64,000 nucleotides of DNA. Origin: Raja brachyura (Eukaryota). Made by a program: the position numbers and the translations under genes. The stretch lies in assembly GCA_963514005.1 (NCBI GenBank), contig OY740802.1:17732001-17796000 (forward strand). Direction: 5' to 3'. The notes beneath the pieces were generated by a model. It was not told the DNA's origin and did no database searches. It was given only the letters and a program-made list of their open reading frames with translations. Shown piece by piece: positions 63,006 to 64,000 of this stretch (its first letter is position 1; every line of letters begins with the position of its first letter).

Positions 63006-64000
63006 TAGTAAGATTGAACGAGAACTTACCAGTTCGAAGGTTGATCTTTATTTCATGAGGAGTCGAAGTGAGGGATTTCGTGAAGAGCCCGCCGGCGCGC
63101 ATGCTCGACATACTTCAAAGTAGCGGCGTGGAATCACAGAACCAACAATAGAAATGACTTCGCATAGTATGATTGAATTGACTAAGATTACCAGATGAAG
63201 GTGATTGAGGGTTGGGCGAGGAGGGCACGAAATCCCTCACTTCGACTCCTCATGAAATAAAGATCAACCTTCGAACTGGTAAGTTCTCGTTCAATCTTAC
63301 TATTTCATTTCGGAGTCACGTGAGTGACTTCGTGAAGACTTCAAAGCTTCTGTGATTACACGCCCTGGACCACGTCCATGCTGACACACCACTACCAGGG
63401 ATGGATGGGAGGAACAAACTGGCTCAATAGCTCATACTGCAAAACAAAAGCATATTTATTAATAACAAATCAAAAACCCCTCATGCGGGGACATCTCCAC
63501 GTTCTTGACCTGCATTCAGCACGGCTTCTGCGAACTGTAGAGGAGCAGCAACAGGCTTGTTATAAAAACGCTGGAACACAGCTTCATTCGCCCATCCTGC
63601 TGTGGCGAGAATTTGGTCCATGGGCACCTCCATGACCCTCGCCGCTGACGTCGATGCAGCCCTGGTGGAATGAGACTTGAACACATTAGTGTCGATACCT
63701 GACTTACCCAAGACGACTCGAAGCCACCTGGATATCGTCTGGACTGTCACTCGATGATGAGGTCTCTTATGAGTGACAAGCAGGTATCTCTCCATTCCTC
63801 TGATGCGTGCCGTCACCTTGACATAGTGGCGGATATGTGAGGCTAAACATAGCCTAGCATCTGCGGGGTATGCCGGGAACTTCAGCTGCAGCCCTGTGCA
63901 CCCAGGTCTATGCTGCTTTAGTAGCTCGTCAACGAAAAAGACTACTTCTGTAGGGGTAGATGTCATTCTGTCGACACGCAGTTTGTGTAGTGTCTGTACC
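63006..64000 (-). mobile_element. DIRS1-type retrotransposon (DIRS-C), right end; young; continues beyond the window
   Basis: Right end 63006-63082 is a perfect 77-bp inverted copy of ICR 63226-63302; ICR continues into tttcatttcggagtcacgtgagtgac; open YR ORF. Confidence 0.93.
63481..63999 (-). CDS. DIRS tyrosine recombinase, C-terminal catalytic part (open to the window edge)
   Basis: VQTLHKL..LKQHRPG..HSTRAASTS..AGW..FQRFYNKP with H-x-x-R, W and catalytic Y intact; no stop codon up to 64000. Confidence 0.9.
   Translation of the reverse strand, partial: VQTLHKLRVDRMTSTPTEVVFFVDELLKQHRPGCTGLQLKFPAYPADARLCLASHIRHYVKVTARIRGMERYLLVTHKRPHHRVTVQTISRWLRVVLGKSGIDTNVFKSHSTRAASTSAARVMEVPMDQILATAGWANEAVFQRFYNKPVAAPLQFAEAVLNAGQERGDVPA

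Overview
Eukaryotic, repeat-dense, apparently intronic or intergenic DNA. The repeat families (HE1-type V-SINEs, HER1/CR1, Rex-Babar, L2, Tx1, Penelope-like elements) point to a cartilaginous fish, probably a skate or ray (inference). I recognise no host protein-coding exon; most short ORFs in the track are repeat translations or noise. Main content: (1) three DIRS1-type tyrosine-recombinase retrotransposons from different subfamilies: a decayed copy with all terminal elements (31905-36093, +), a copy lacking the recombinase (41528-45256, +), and a young copy with an open recombinase ORF running off the window (63006-64000, -); (2) many Penelope-like fragments carrying a minimal hammerhead ribozyme core, six of them fold-back mini-insertions whose strand switch falls at the ribozyme core; (3) two inverted copies of an unclassified 0.8-1 kb element with a terminal 16/32-bp modular array; (4) two copies of a non-coding retroelement with a Rex-Babar-type tail. 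There is a 142-N gap at 6371-6512. Boundaries of old repeats are approximate (10-30 bp), and family names come from recalled motifs, not database searches.
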